Translations under genes and position numbers: made by a program | DNA from: Alphaproteobacteria bacterium | GTDB taxonomy: Bacteria > Pseudomonadota > Alphaproteobacteria > Bin95 | Reading direction: 5' to 3' | DNA length: 64,000 bases | NCBI GenBank assembly: GCA_965261985.1 | Contig: OZ253490.1 | Location: 4,139,121 to 4,203,120 of the forward strand | The notes under the pieces: model-generated | The model's database searches: none | What the model was told of the DNA's origin: nothing | What the model saw: the letters and a program-made list of their open reading frames with translations, nothing else | Shown: piece by piece, positions 36,550 to 46,524 of the stretch | Layout of the letters: each line of letters starts with the position of its first letter | Position numbering within the stretch: position 1 is the stretch's first letter

Positions 36550-38994
36550 ATGACCAGGAGCATGCTCATCGATGCAGCGCATTCGGAAGAAACCCGGATC
36601 GCTGTCGTCAACGACCGCCGGCTTGAGGACTTCGATTACGAAGCCGCCGCGCGGACGACCCTGAAAGGCAATATCTATCTCGGCAAGATCGCCCGCGTCG
36701 AAGCTTCGCTGCAAGCCGCCTTCGTCGAGTACGGCGGCAACCGGCACGGTTTCCTGCCTTTCGCAGACATCCATCCGGACTACTACCGGCTTCCCCAGGA
36801 AGACCGCCAGGCGCTGATCGAGGAGGAAGCGGCCGCGCGCCGCGACCGGGACCTCGAAGGCGGCGAGGAAGAAGAGGACGCCGACGAGGCCGAGGCCCAG
36901 GCCAATGGCCGCGACGAGGCGCAGGACGACAGGCGCCGGGCCAACAGGCTGCGCCGCCAATACAAGATCCAGGAGGTCATCAAGCGCCGCCAGATCGTGC
37001 TGGTGCAGGTCTCGAAGGAAGAGCGCGGCACGAAGGGGGCGGCGCTGACCACCTATCTCTCGCTTGCCGGACGGTATTGCGTGCTGATGCCGAACACCGG
37101 GCATGGCGGCGGCATATCGCGCAAGATCACCAATGCGACCGACCGGCGCAAACTCAAGGGCATCGTCGAGGGCCTTGAGGTCCCCGAGGGTGCGGCGGTC
37201 ATCATGCGGACCGCCGGCGTCAAGCGCACCAAGACCGAAATCAAGCGCGACTACGACTTCCTGACCCGCACCTGGGAACGCATCCGCGAAGACACGCTGT
37301 CCAGCACGGCGCCCGCTCTCATCTACGAAGAAGCCGACCTCGTAAAGCGGGCGATACGCGACATTTACGGGCGGGACATCGAGGAAGTCCTGGTCGAAGG
37401 CGACCGTGCCTATCGCAACGCCAAGGACTTCATGAAGGCGTTGATGCCGAGCCACGCGAAACGGGTGCAACAATACAAGGACCAGGCGGAGCCGCTGTTC
37501 ATCGCCCACGGCATCGAGGACCAGCTCTACGACCTGCACACGTCGCGGGTCGAACTTCCATCCGGCGGCTACCTGGTTATCGATTCGACGGAAGCGCTGG
37601 TGGCCATCGACGTGAACTCCGGGCGGTCTACGCGCGAACGCAATATCGAGGAGACCGCCGTCAAGACCAATCTCGAAGCGGCCGACGAAGTGGCCCGCCA
37701 GCTCCGCCTTCGCGACCTCGCCGGCCTCATCGTCATCGACTTCATCGACATGGACGACCGGCGCAACAATTCGCAGGTCGAACGCAGGCTCAAGGATGCG
37801 CTCAGCAACGACCGGGCCCGCGTGCAGGTCGGGAGGATCAGCGCACTCGGGCTGATGGAGATGTCGCGCCAGCGGCTCCGCCCGAGCATTCTCGAAAGCA
37901 GCACCATTGCCTGCCCGCATTGCAACGGCAACGGTTTCGTCCGGTCGGTCGAATCCAGCGCCCTGCAGACCGCCCGCGCCATCGAACAGGAGGCGCTCAG
38001 CGGCGTACATGGCGTTCTGTCCGTGTATTTGTCGACCGACACGGCGCTCTATCTGCTCAACTACAAGCGGGATCTGCTGAACCGCCTGGCCAGCGAACAC
38101 GGCGTCGAAATCCTGCTTGAGCGCGACGACTCGCAGCCGCCCGGCTCGTGGCGTTTCGAAAGCCTTGCGCCGAAACCTCGGGTGGAGAACGTCGAGGCCG
38201 AACCGGCCGCTGCCGAACCGGCCGCTGCCGACGCGGCGGCGGAGGACACGCCCGAAGTCGAGGCCGAGGCCGAGGACGAGGAAGGCGGAGTGAAGCGCAG
38301 GCGGCGCAGCCGGCGGGGAGGCCGGCGGCGGAGAGCAGACGCTTCCGACGAGCCCGAGACGGTCGAGGCGGCCGAGACTTCCGCTGCGGCCGAGACTTCC
38401 GCTGCGGGCGAGGCCGAACCGGCCGCGGAAACGCCGAAGCCGCCGCGCCGGCGCCGCCGGGTTGCAGCCGCTGCGGAGCCGGAGCCTGAGGTGAAGGAGC
38501 CCGAGGTGAAGGAGCCCGAGGCTCCCCCGGCCGCTGAGGCGGGGATCGGCGAGGCCGTCGAGGAAGCGCCCAAGCCGAGGCGGCGGCGCACACGACGCAA
38601 GAAAGAAGAAGCAGCAAGCGAACCGGCCGCCGAGCCCGTGGCGGAGCAGGCGGACGCCGGCCCATCAGCTGACGCTGACGCCGCCGAAGCGCCCGAGGAG
38701 ACTCCGAAGCCCAGGCGCCGGCGCACCCGCCGCAGGAAGGAAGAGGTCCCCGAGGCCGCATCTTCCGAAGAACAGCCGCAGGAGCCGCCTGCCGAGGAAA
38801 CGCCGGCACAGGAGGCGCCAGCGGAACCCGATCCCGTCCCGGCCGCCGAGGCCGAACCCGATCCCGCTCCGGCCGCGGAGACAGAACCCGATCCCGCCCC
38901 GGCCGCGGAGACGGAACCCGATCCCGCCCCGGCCGCCGAAACGGAATCCGCTCGCCGGCGCGGTTGGTGGCGGCGCCAGCTGAACCTGGTCTGA
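36550..38994 (+). CDS. rne: Ribonuclease E
   Basis: The S1 and catalytic domains read MLIDAAHSEETRIAVV...GNIYLGKIARVEASLQAAFVEYGG...VIDSTEALVAIDVNSG. The C-terminal half is long, low-complexity and Arg/Glu/Pro/Ala-rich. About 250 nt of leader (36297-36549) precedes it. Confidence 0.9.
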   Translation: MTRSMLIDAAHSEETRIAVVNDRRLEDFDYEAAARTTLKGNIYLGKIARVEASLQAAFVEYGGNRHGFLPFADIHPDYYRLPQEDRQALIEEEAAARRDRDLEGGEEEEDADEAEAQANGRDEAQDDRRRANRLRRQYKIQEVIKRRQIVLVQVSKEERGTKGAALTTYLSLAGRYCVLMPNTGHGGGISRKITNATDRRKLKGIVEGLEVPEGAAVIMRTAGVKRTKTEIKRDYDFLTRTWERIREDTLSSTAPALIYEEADLVKRAIRDIYGRDIEEVLVEGDRAYRNAKDFMKALMPSHAKRVQQYKDQAEPLFIAHGIEDQLYDLHTSRVELPSGGYLVIDSTEALVAIDVNSGRSTRERNIEETAVKTNLEAADEVARQLRLRDLAGLIVIDFIDMDDRRNNSQVERRLKDALSNDRARVQVGRISALGLMEMSRQRLRPSILESSTIACPHCNGNGFVRSVESSALQTARAIEQEALSGVHGVLSVYLSTDTALYLLNYKRDLLNRLASEHGVEILLERDDSQPPGSWRFESLAPKPRVENVEAEPAAAEPAAADAAAEDTPEVEAEAEDEEGGVKRRRRSRRGGRRRRADASDEPETVEAAETSAAAETSAAGEAEPAAETPKPPRRRRRVAAAAEPEPEVKEPEVKEPEAPPAAEAGIGEAVEEAPKPRRRRTRRKKEEAASEPAAEPVAEQADAGPSADADAAEAPEETPKPRRRRTRRRKEEVPEAASSEEQPQEPPAEETPAQEAPAEPDPVPAAEAEPDPAPAAETEPDPAPAAETEPDPAPAAETESARRRGWWRRQLNLV
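38824..38943 (+). repeat. In-frame 30-bp tandem repeat x4 in the rne 3' region (EPDPxPAAEx decapeptide)
   Basis: The four units are 38824-38853, 38854-38883, 38884-38913 and 38914-38943, each GAACCCGATCCCG(T/C)(C/T)CCGGCCGC(C/G)GA(G/A)(G/A)C(C/A/G). A partial fifth unit follows. Confidence 0.9.
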
Positions 38995-39022
38995 ACCCGA
39001 AACGAAGGGATCGAACGGCCCC

Positions 39023-39823
39023 ATGACGACCAACGGCAAGATGGACCTGCGTTTCGACGAAGACGTCGCAGTCCTCGCATTCAACGATCCGGCGGTGTTG
39101 AACGCGATCGGCCACCGGATGCGCGAGGACTTCTCCGCTGCGCTCGACCGCATCGAGGCCAGCGACGCGCGTTGCATCCTGTTGACGGGCAACGGAAGGG
39201 CCTTCTGCTCGGGCGCGAACCTGAACGATCCCGACCGCCCGCCCCGCGACCGCGCCGCCGAGGCGAGGGGCGAGCAGAAGAGCGATCTGGAAGGCTGGTA
39301 CAACCCGACCCTCGAGCGTTTGCGTGCGTCTCCCATTCCGGTCGTGTCCGCAGTAAACGGCGTCGCTGCCGGCATCGGCATGAGCTTCGCGCTCTCGGCC
39401 GACATCCGCATCGCCGCCAGGTCCAGCTATTTCCTCCAGGCCTTCGCGCGTATCGGGCTTGTGCCGGACGGCGGGGCCACATGGATCCTGCCGCGGCTTG
39501 TCGGCATGGCCCGCGCCATGGAGCTTTCCATGCTGGCGGACAGGCTGCCGGCCGGGACGGCGTTCGAATGGGGCATGGTCAACCGGGTCGTGGACGACGA
39601 GGCGCTGATGGACGAGGCGATGGCGATGGCGCGCCGCCTCGCCGCCGGCCCGGCCTCGCTCGGCATGATTCGCCGGCTCTACTGGCAGAGCCTGGAGAGC
39701 GGCTACAGCGCACAGCTCAAGCTGGAGGCCGATACCCAGACCGCCGCCGGCCAGACCCAGGACTATGAGGAAGGCGTCGCCGCCTTCCGCGAGAAACGCC
39801 AAGCCGCCTTCTCGGGCCGCTGA
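39023..39823 (+). CDS. Enoyl-CoA hydratase/isomerase (crotonase) family protein
   Basis: ILLTGNGRAFCSGANL...VVSAVNGVAAGIGMSFALSADIRIAA...EGVAAFREKR. Confidence 0.85.
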   Translation: MTTNGKMDLRFDEDVAVLAFNDPAVLNAIGHRMREDFSAALDRIEASDARCILLTGNGRAFCSGANLNDPDRPPRDRAAEARGEQKSDLEGWYNPTLERLRASPIPVVSAVNGVAAGIGMSFALSADIRIAARSSYFLQAFARIGLVPDGGATWILPRLVGMARAMELSMLADRLPAGTAFEWGMVNRVVDDEALMDEAMAMARRLAAGPASLGMIRRLYWQSLESGYSAQLKLEADTQTAAGQTQDYEEGVAAFREKRQAAFSGR

Positions 39824-39844
39824 GCCGGCCCGGCGGAGGCAGTC

Positions 39845-40999
39845 CTAACCTGCCCGGCGCAGGAACGAGGCGAGGCGGTCCATCGCCGCCTCAACCTCTT
39901 CCGTCGCGGCGCAATAGCTGAGGCGAACGGTGCGGCTTCCCCGCTCCGGGTCGAAATCCACGCCCGGGGTGATCGCCACGCCGGTTTCGTCCAGCAGCCG
40001 CCGGCAAAAGGCCATGCTGTCATTCGTCAGGTGGCCGATATCGGCATAGACATAGAAGGCGCCGTCGGGCGCGGCAAAATCCCCGATGCCCATGGCCGGC
40101 AGGGCTGACAGCAGAACCTCCCGGTTGCGCGCATAGCGCCGGACATTCGCCTCCAGTTCCTCGCGGCATTCGAAGGCCGCGAGCGCGGCATATTGGGAAA
40201 CCGTCGGTGTGTTCAGGAACAGGTTCTGGCCCAGCCGCTCGACCGCAACCAGCAGGTCTTCCGGCAGCACCAGCCAACCGACCCGCCAGCCGGTCATCGA
40301 GAAGTATTTCGAGAAGCTGTTGACGACGACGGCAGACGGCGAGCCGACTGCCGTTGCCTCTTTCATGCCATAGGCGATGCCGTGGTAGATCTCATCCGAG
40401 ACCAGACGGACGCCGCGGTCGTGGCACCATGCCGCAAGGCGGGCGAGCGCATCCGGCGAGAGCATGGAGCCGGTGGGATTCGACGGGCTCGCGACCACCA
40501 GTCCGTCCAACGGCCCCTCGATGCTTTCCAGAAGCTCCGAAGTCGGCTGGAAGCGGGTATCCGGGCCCGTGGGCACCTGCTCGGTCTCTATGCCGAGCGC
40601 CGCCAGCACATTGCGGTAACAGGGATAGCTCGGATCGGTGAGCGCCACCCGCGCACCGGCGTCGAAGGCAGCGAGGAAAGCGAGCACGAACCCGCCGGAC
40701 GACCCGGTCGTGACGAACACCCGTTCCGGGGCGACCTCCTCCCCGTAGCGTTCGCGGTAGTGCTGTGCGATGCGCCGGCGCAACGGATCGATACCCGGTG
40801 CATCGGTGTAGCCGAGCACCCGTTCGTCGATGGCGGCCTTTGCGGCTTCGCGGGCCCCCGCAGGCGCCGGCGTGCTCGGCTGGCCGATCTGGAGCGGAAA
40901 TACCGTCTTGCCCGCGGCCGCGCGCTCGCCAGCCGCCTGCAGCACCTGCAAGACGATGAAGGGGTCGATCCCGCCCCGCCGGGAAGCCTGAAACGCCAC
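39845..40999 (-). CDS. PLP-dependent aminotransferase, class I/II
   Basis: The Lys motif is NSFSKYFSMTGWRVGW, with overall AspC/AatA-like organisation. Confidence 0.85.
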   Translation of the reverse strand: MAFQASRRGGIDPFIVLQVLQAAGERAAAGKTVFPLQIGQPSTPAPAGAREAAKAAIDERVLGYTDAPGIDPLRRRIAQHYRERYGEEVAPERVFVTTGSSGGFVLAFLAAFDAGARVALTDPSYPCYRNVLAALGIETEQVPTGPDTRFQPTSELLESIEGPLDGLVVASPSNPTGSMLSPDALARLAAWCHDRGVRLVSDEIYHGIAYGMKEATAVGSPSAVVVNSFSKYFSMTGWRVGWLVLPEDLLVAVERLGQNLFLNTPTVSQYAALAAFECREELEANVRRYARNREVLLSALPAMGIGDFAAPDGAFYVYADIGHLTNDSMAFCRRLLDETGVAITPGVDFDPERGSRTVRLSYCAATEEVEAAMDRLASFLRRAG

Positions 41000-41005
41000 G
41001 ACTGC

Positions 41006-42469
41006 TTACTCGCCGAAAACCTGGACGGACAGGCCCGCGCCGCGCGGGTCCGCATGGGTTCTGCAAACTGCTCCGGTGTCGCCCGGCGCTTTGGCCCGGC
41101 AGCGAACCGCCGTGACAAAACCGATCCTTTCTACCTCCGTGAGGGCGAAGCCGGCCTCTCGCAAGCCGGCGCGCGCGGCATCCGGCGCCGCCGTCTCGAC
41201 CAGGACCTGCCGCCCGGAGCCGAGCACCGCGCGCGGCCGGGCGATTGCGCTTTCCAGCGTATCCGCTTCCATGAGCGTCCGCAGCGCGACGACCGGACCG
41301 ATACGCCCGGCCTCCATGCCGGAGGCCGCGCCGGCGAAGCGGACGTCGTTTCCGGACTCGTGAGTTACGAGAAATGGCGAGAGCGCGGGATCGGCTGCGC
41401 CGTCGGGCCCGGGCGCGGCAATCGCGATTCCGGTGCCGGCGGCCAGCCTGCCCGATCCGAAAGGCGCATTCATGGTGAGACCGCAGGCGACCGCAAGCCC
41501 GTCGGCATCCACAACGGCAAAGCCGGTTCCGCCGTCGGCTTCGGGCGCCCCGTCCGGCTCGCCGCCGACCTCGACCGAAAGCAATGGCGCAGCAGGGTCG
41601 GCAACCCGGTCGTCCTCGGCCAGTCGAGGCCACGATTCGGCCTGCCTCGGCCCGGCGCTCGCCCCGTCGGCAGCGAAATATGCTTGCCAGGATTCGCCTT
41701 CGACCGACAGCGGCTCCTGCCTGGACGGCAGGGCGCTTTCCAGCGCCGCCTTGTCGAGACGGTATCCCGCAGCAGCCGCTCCCTGCATCACCATTGTCGC
41801 CAAAGGACCGGAATACAGCGCTCCCGGCCCGTTCAGGCGTATCCGGCGCAGCATCCGGGCAAGCTCCGGCTGCACCAGCGTGTCGCCTTCCCGGATATGC
41901 CGGCCCGCAAAGGTCGCCACTGCATCGCCCGGCGCCGACAGGATGTCATGTGCGAAAGCCCGCGAAACGGGATGGCCCAGCAGGGCCAGACGCTCCGCCG
42001 CCGCCGGCACGGCGCTCCAGCGCAGGCGGCCGTGGGCCGAATGCATGAGGGCCAGTCCCCGCACCAGCATGGGCGGCGGCGCGCCGCCTTCCCCGCTCGC
42101 AGGGTGGATGAAGGAATAGGCCTGCTGCTCCCCCTCGCTGGAGTCATGCACGAGGCAGACCCCGCCCGCCCACAGGCTGGCGCGGGAAGGTCTGGTAACG
42201 GCGAGCGTCATGGCCAGCGCCGCGGCGGCATCGACGGCGGAACCGCCGGCTTTCAGAATATCGCGGGCGGCAAGCGCGGCGTTGGGCTCACCGGCGGCGA
42301 CGCTGCCGAGATAGGTCTGGCGCGGAATGGCTGCCGGATCGACACCGGGGATGCTCCCGCACCCGCCGAGCAAGAGCGGGAACAGAAGCGCCAGCGCCGA
42401 TTGACGCAGGCGTAGCCCGCGCCTAGCTTGCTCCGGACGCCTTGCGAGGTCGCCATCCATGAGGCCCAT
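41006..42469 (-). CDS. Gamma-glutamyltransferase-family protein, lipoprotein signal
   Basis: The lipobox is LLFPLLLGGCGS, followed by AAGEPNAALAARDILKAGGSAVDAAAA, typical of the GGT N-terminus. The start codon is uncertain (42469 or 42460), and it lies back to back with the divergent M48 gene. Confidence 0.7.
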   Translation of the reverse strand: MGLMDGDLARRPEQARRGLRLRQSALALLFPLLLGGCGSIPGVDPAAIPRQTYLGSVAAGEPNAALAARDILKAGGSAVDAAAALAMTLAVTRPSRASLWAGGVCLVHDSSEGEQQAYSFIHPASGEGGAPPPMLVRGLALMHSAHGRLRWSAVPAAAERLALLGHPVSRAFAHDILSAPGDAVATFAGRHIREGDTLVQPELARMLRRIRLNGPGALYSGPLATMVMQGAAAAGYRLDKAALESALPSRQEPLSVEGESWQAYFAADGASAGPRQAESWPRLAEDDRVADPAAPLLSVEVGGEPDGAPEADGGTGFAVVDADGLAVACGLTMNAPFGSGRLAAGTGIAIAAPGPDGAADPALSPFLVTHESGNDVRFAGAASGMEAGRIGPVVALRTLMEADTLESAIARPRAVLGSGRQVLVETAAPDAARAGLREAGFALTEVERIGFVTAVRCRAKAPGDTGAVCRTHADPRGAGLSVQVFGE

Positions 42470-43811
42470 GCGATCCCTTCTCTGCGGCCTCTTCGCCGCA
42501 CTTCTTGCGTGTTCGGCCGCCGCGCCTTCGGAAGCCCGGTCCCTCAACCTGGTCCGTGACGCGGAGATCGAGGAAACGCTTCGCCTCTATGCGAATCCGG
42601 TCTTCGAAGCGGCCGGCCTTTCGCCGGAAAGCATACGCTTGCATCTGGTGAATAGCGACCAGGTGAACGCCTTTGTTTCCAACGGGATGCGGATATTTTT
42701 GAACACCGGCCTGCTTCGGATCAGCCGGAATCCCGGCCAGGTTATCGGTGTGATCGCGCATGAGACGGGCCATATTGCAGGCGGCCATCTCGCCCGCCTC
42801 AAGGACGAGGTCGAGAACCGGACGGCGCAGGCGATCCTCTCGACGGCGCTTGGCGCCGCCGCGGGCATCGCCACGGGAGATCCCCGCGTTGCGCAGGCGG
42901 TGATTTCGGGCGGCATCACGCTCGCCGAACGCGGCCTGCTGCGTCATTCCCGCACCGACGAGTCGGCCGCCGACCAGGCGGCGATGCGTTTTCTCGACCG
43001 GTCGAAAATCTCCACGCGCGGCTTGATGGAATTTCTCGGGATTCTGGAAGACCGGGAAACGATCGCGGGCGGTGTCCAGGATCTCTATCGGCGCACCCAT
43101 CCGATAACCGCAGACCGCGTCCAGATCGTGCGCGAACATGCCGCGCAGTCCCCCTGGGCGGGAAAGGACCTGCCGGACGACTTCCATCGGCGCCACGCCC
43201 GCATGGTCGCCAAGCTGGACGGTCATCTCGACCCTCCCGAGAAAACGCTCGCCCGCTACGACGCTTCGGACACCGCAATAGCGGCGCGTTACGCCCGCGC
43301 CATTGCCTATTATCGCATCCCGGAACTCGGCGAGGCGCTCGCCTTGATCGACGGGCTAATCGCCGAAGCGCCGGACGACCCGTATTTCCGCGAACTCCGG
43401 GGCCAGACGCTGTTCGAGAACGGCCGGGGCGCGGAGGCTCTGGCAGCCTATCGCGAGGCGGTCCGCCTCGCCCCTCATGCGGGCCTGATCCGTATCGAAC
43501 TCGGCCGCTCCGCTATCGAGGTCGGCACGCCGGAAACGCTCGAGGAGGCCGTGCACAATCTGCGCGAGGTCGTGCGGCGCGATCCGCAAAGCGCGAGAGC
43601 CTGGTACTGGCTCGGCATTGCGGAGGGCCGCTCGGGGCAGCGGGTCCTGGCCGATCTGGCGCTTGCCGAACATGCTCTTCTCAGCGGCGATATACGCCGC
43701 GCCGGCGCTCTCGCCGACCGCGCCGGCCGCAAACTCCCCGAGAACTCCGCCGACTGGCACCGGGCCCAGGACATTCTCAATCGAGTCAAACCGCGCAAGG
43801 CGGAGAAATAG
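42459..43811 (+). CDS. M48-family Zn metalloprotease with C-terminal TPR (BepA-like)
   Basis: It has a signal peptide, the HExxH motif in VIAHETGHIAGGH, and C-terminal TPR-like helices. Confidence 0.85.
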   Translation: MRPMRSLLCGLFAALLACSAAAPSEARSLNLVRDAEIEETLRLYANPVFEAAGLSPESIRLHLVNSDQVNAFVSNGMRIFLNTGLLRISRNPGQVIGVIAHETGHIAGGHLARLKDEVENRTAQAILSTALGAAAGIATGDPRVAQAVISGGITLAERGLLRHSRTDESAADQAAMRFLDRSKISTRGLMEFLGILEDRETIAGGVQDLYRRTHPITADRVQIVREHAAQSPWAGKDLPDDFHRRHARMVAKLDGHLDPPEKTLARYDASDTAIAARYARAIAYYRIPELGEALALIDGLIAEAPDDPYFRELRGQTLFENGRGAEALAAYREAVRLAPHAGLIRIELGRSAIEVGTPETLEEAVHNLREVVRRDPQSARAWYWLGIAEGRSGQRVLADLALAEHALLSGDIRRAGALADRAGRKLPENSADWHRAQDILNRVKPRKAEK

Positions 43812-43818
43812 CCCGGTC

Positions 43819-44178
43819 CTACCCGCGCGGCGCGCCTCCGAGCTGGCGACCTCCGACGACATGCATGTGCAGATGCGGGACCTCCTGGTTGCCGTGGCGG
43901 CCGTTATTGCAGGTCGCCCGGTAGCCGCCTTCGGCAACGCCGTCGGCGCGGGCGACCGCCGCCATGGCGCGCACCCAGGCGGCCAGCTCGGCATCGCTGC
44001 CCCGTTCGGCGAAATCGTGCAACGTCTCGTAGCGGCCCTTGGGAATCACAAGAACATGGGTCGGGGCCTTCGGCGCGACGTCGCGGAAGGCGAGCGCATG
44101 TTCGTTTTCATGCACCTTGTCGCAGGGAATCTCGCCGCGCAGGATGCGCGCGAAAATATTGTCGTCGTCATAGCTCAT
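43819..44178 (-). CDS. HIT-family (histidine triad) protein
   Basis: 119 aa from the ATG at 44178: IFARILRGEIPCDKVHENEHALAFRD...VPHLHMHVVGG. Confidence 0.85.
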   Translation of the reverse strand: MSYDDDNIFARILRGEIPCDKVHENEHALAFRDVAPKAPTHVLVIPKGRYETLHDFAERGSDAELAAWVRAMAAVARADGVAEGGYRATCNNGRHGNQEVPHLHMHVVGGRQLGGAPRG

Positions 44179-44489
44179 GGGGATCGCTCGCTTGCGTCGG
44201 GTTTGCCTTCGCGCCGGGCCAGCGCCGCCCGCACATCGTCCGGCGCCACACCCGCATCGGCCCAGAGCACGAGCAGGTGGTAAAGCAGGTCGGCGCTTTC
44301 CTCGATCAACCGGTCCCGGTCTCCGCGCACCGCCTCGATGACCGTCTCGACGGCTTCCTCGCCCACCTTCTGCGCGATCTTCTCCCGGCCCTGGAGGAAA
44401 TAGCGCGCCGTGCGCGAGGTCTCGGGGTCTCCGCCGCGCCGGCTTTCGATGACCGCATAGAGCCGGTCCAGGATGTCGGTATCGCTCAT
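44175..44489 (-). CDS. hisE: Phosphoribosyl-ATP pyrophosphatase
   Basis: [12 protein letters not shown]...[29 protein letters not shown]...[12 protein letters not shown]. Confidence 0.9.
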   Translation of the reverse strand: MSDTDILDRLYAVIESRRGGDPETSRTARYFLQGREKIAQKVGEEAVETVIEAVRGDRDRLIEESADLLYHLLVLWADAGVAPDDVRAALARREGKPDASERSP

Positions 44490-45256
44490 GCGCCGGGCTC
44501 CGGGCGCACCGGGATGCCGGCCGCCGCCATGGACCGCTTGGCCTCCGCGATGCTGTAGATGCGGTCGTGAAAGATCGAGGCGGCGAGCACAGCCGAGGCA
44601 TGGCCCTCCGCCACGCCCTCCGAGAGGTGGTCGAGCGAGCCCACGCCGCCGGACGCGATCACCGGCACCGGTACCGCATCGGCGACCGCGCGCGTCAGCT
44701 TCAGGTCGTAACCGTCCCTGGTGCCGTCCCGGTCCATGGAAGTGAGCAGGATTTCACCCGCCCCGAGCGAGACCATGCGCTCCGCCCAGCCGACCGCCTC
44801 CATGCCGGTCGGCCGGCGCCCGCCATGGGTGAAGACTTCCCACCGGCCGGGTCCGGTGCGCTTCGCATCGACAGCGACCGTTATGCACTGTGTGCCGAAC
44901 TTCCGGGCGGCCTCGCGCACGAATTCCGGGCGGGAAACGGCGGCCGTATTGATCGAAACCTTGTCCGCGCCGGCCAGCAGCAGGCTGCGGATATTGTCCA
45001 CGGTGCGGATTCCGCCGCCCACCGTCACCGGCATGAAGCAGCGGTCTGCGGTGCGGCGCACGACATCGAGGATCGTGTCCCGCCGCTCGTGGCTTGCAGT
45101 AATGTCGAGGAAGCAGAGCTCGTCTGCGCCCGAGGCGTCGTAGAACCGGGCCTGCTCTACCGGATCTCCCATATCGCGCAGGTCCACGAAATTGACGCCC
45201 TTCACGACCCTGCCGGCATCGACGTCCAGACAGGGGATGACGCGCACGGTCAGCAT
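44486..45256 (-). CDS. hisF: Imidazole glycerol phosphate synthase, cyclase subunit
   Basis: [17 protein letters not shown]...[13 protein letters not shown]...PVTVGGGIR...ASGGVG. Confidence 0.95.
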   Translation of the reverse strand: MLTVRVIPCLDVDAGRVVKGVNFVDLRDMGDPVEQARFYDASGADELCFLDITASHERRDTILDVVRRTADRCFMPVTVGGGIRTVDNIRSLLLAGADKVSINTAAVSRPEFVREAARKFGTQCITVAVDAKRTGPGRWEVFTHGGRRPTGMEAVGWAERMVSLGAGEILLTSMDRDGTRDGYDLKLTRAVADAVPVPVIASGGVGSLDHLSEGVAEGHASAVLAASIFHDRIYSIAEAKRSMAAAGIPVRPEPGA

Positions 45257-45984
45257 TCGCCGCCCACCGCAATGCGCAAGGCGGTCGTAGGGTCGATCCG
45301 CCCGTCATAGAGCGCGCGCCCGCAAATCACCCCTTCGATACCCGAGGCCCGTTCGGCGTAGATCGCGCGGAGGTCGTCGTGGTCCGCCACGCCGCCGGAC
45401 GCGATGACGGGCGTGGTCAGCGCCCAGGCAAGGTCCACGGTCGCATCCATATTGACGCCGCCCAGCGCGCCGTCGCGGGCGATATCGGTGAAGACGATGG
45501 CCGCAACGCCTGCATCCTCGAAGCGCAGCGCGAGATCGAGAGCCGGGGTTTCGGAGGTCTCGGTCCACCCCCTTGTGGCGACCATCCCGTCGCGCGCATC
45601 GATACCGACCACAATTCTTCCGGGGAACCGGCGGCAGGCGGCCCGGACCAGTTCGGGGTCGTTGAGCGCCGCCGTGCCGAGCACGACCCGGCGCACGCCC
45701 TTGCCGAGCCACATCTCGATAGTCGCCATGTCGCGAATGCCGCCGCCGAGCTGGACCGGCAGATCGACCGTGGCGAGCACGGCCTCGACGGCCTCGGCAT
45801 TGACCGGCACTCCCTCCACCGCGCCGTTCAGGTCCACCAGATGCAGCCACGAAAACCCCGCAGCCTCGAACCGCCCCGCCTGGTCGCCCGGATCGTCGTT
45901 GAACACCGTCACCCGGCCCATATCGCCCTGGACCAGCCGCACACAGGAGCCGTCCTTGAGGTCGATGGCGGGGAAGACGATCAT
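45250..45984 (-). CDS. hisA: ProFAR isomerase (1-(5-phosphoribosyl)-5-[(5-phosphoribosylamino)methylideneamino]imidazole-4-carboxamide isomerase)
   Basis: From the ATG at 45984 (an ATGA overlap with the GNAT stop): [22 protein letters not shown]...LHLVDLNGA...VQLGGGIR...IASGGV. Confidence 0.9.
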   Translation of the reverse strand: MIVFPAIDLKDGSCVRLVQGDMGRVTVFNDDPGDQAGRFEAAGFSWLHLVDLNGAVEGVPVNAEAVEAVLATVDLPVQLGGGIRDMATIEMWLGKGVRRVVLGTAALNDPELVRAACRRFPGRIVVGIDARDGMVATRGWTETSETPALDLALRFEDAGVAAIVFTDIARDGALGGVNMDATVDLAWALTTPVIASGGVADHDDLRAIYAERASGIEGVICGRALYDGRIDPTTALRIAVGGEC

Positions 45985-46523
45985 CCGTCCCGCCGCTTTC
46001 CCGAAGTCGGCACATCCTTGAAGAAATGGATACCCGGCACCCAGCGGCCGCGGACATGGGCGTATTTCGGATGCAGGCCCCATCGCCGGTAGCCGAGCGT
46101 CTCGTACATGGCGATCGCCTGGGTCTGGGTTTCCCGCACATCCAGATTGATGACCTTGAAGCGGCGGGCCTTGGCTTCCACCTCGACGGCCTCCATCAAC
46201 AGCCGCCCGACTCCGACGCCGCGCGCCCAGGGCGCAACGAAAAGATGTTGCACCGCGACAATCGACTTTTGCGCCTCGTTGTTGCGGGGCGGGGCCACCA
46301 TCTGCACGGAGCCGCAGATCGAGCCCTCGCGCCGGGCGACGAACAGGCTGCGCTCCGGCACCAGCAGCACGCCCTGCCAGTAGCGTTCAAGCCAATTGCG
46401 TTCGGGCGGGGACACGAAACCGAACCCGCCGCCGTCCAGAATCGCGGCATCGGTCGCTTCGCAAAGATCGAGCAGGTCGGTCTCGCCAAGCGACTTGAGC
46501 CGCTCCACCTGAATTTCATCCAT
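45981..46523 (-). CDS. GNAT-family N-acetyltransferase embedded in the his operon
   Basis: From the ATG at 46523, 1 nt after the hisH stop. [53 protein letters not shown] is the acetyl-CoA-binding motif A region. Confidence 0.8.
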   Translation of the reverse strand: MDEIQVERLKSLGETDLLDLCEATDAAILDGGGFGFVSPPERNWLERYWQGVLLVPERSLFVARREGSICGSVQMVAPPRNNEAQKSIVAVQHLFVAPWARGVGVGRLLMEAVEVEAKARRFKVINLDVRETQTQAIAMYETLGYRRWGLHPKYAHVRGRWVPGIHFFKDVPTSGKRRDG

Positions 46524-46524
46524 C

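Noticed and set aside
38824-38943. A regular 30-bp repeat array that could be mistaken for a CRISPR array.
   Set aside because: The units are directly adjacent with no spacers, lie in frame inside rne and encode a decapeptide repeat. No cas genes or other CRISPR-like arrays were seen in the window.
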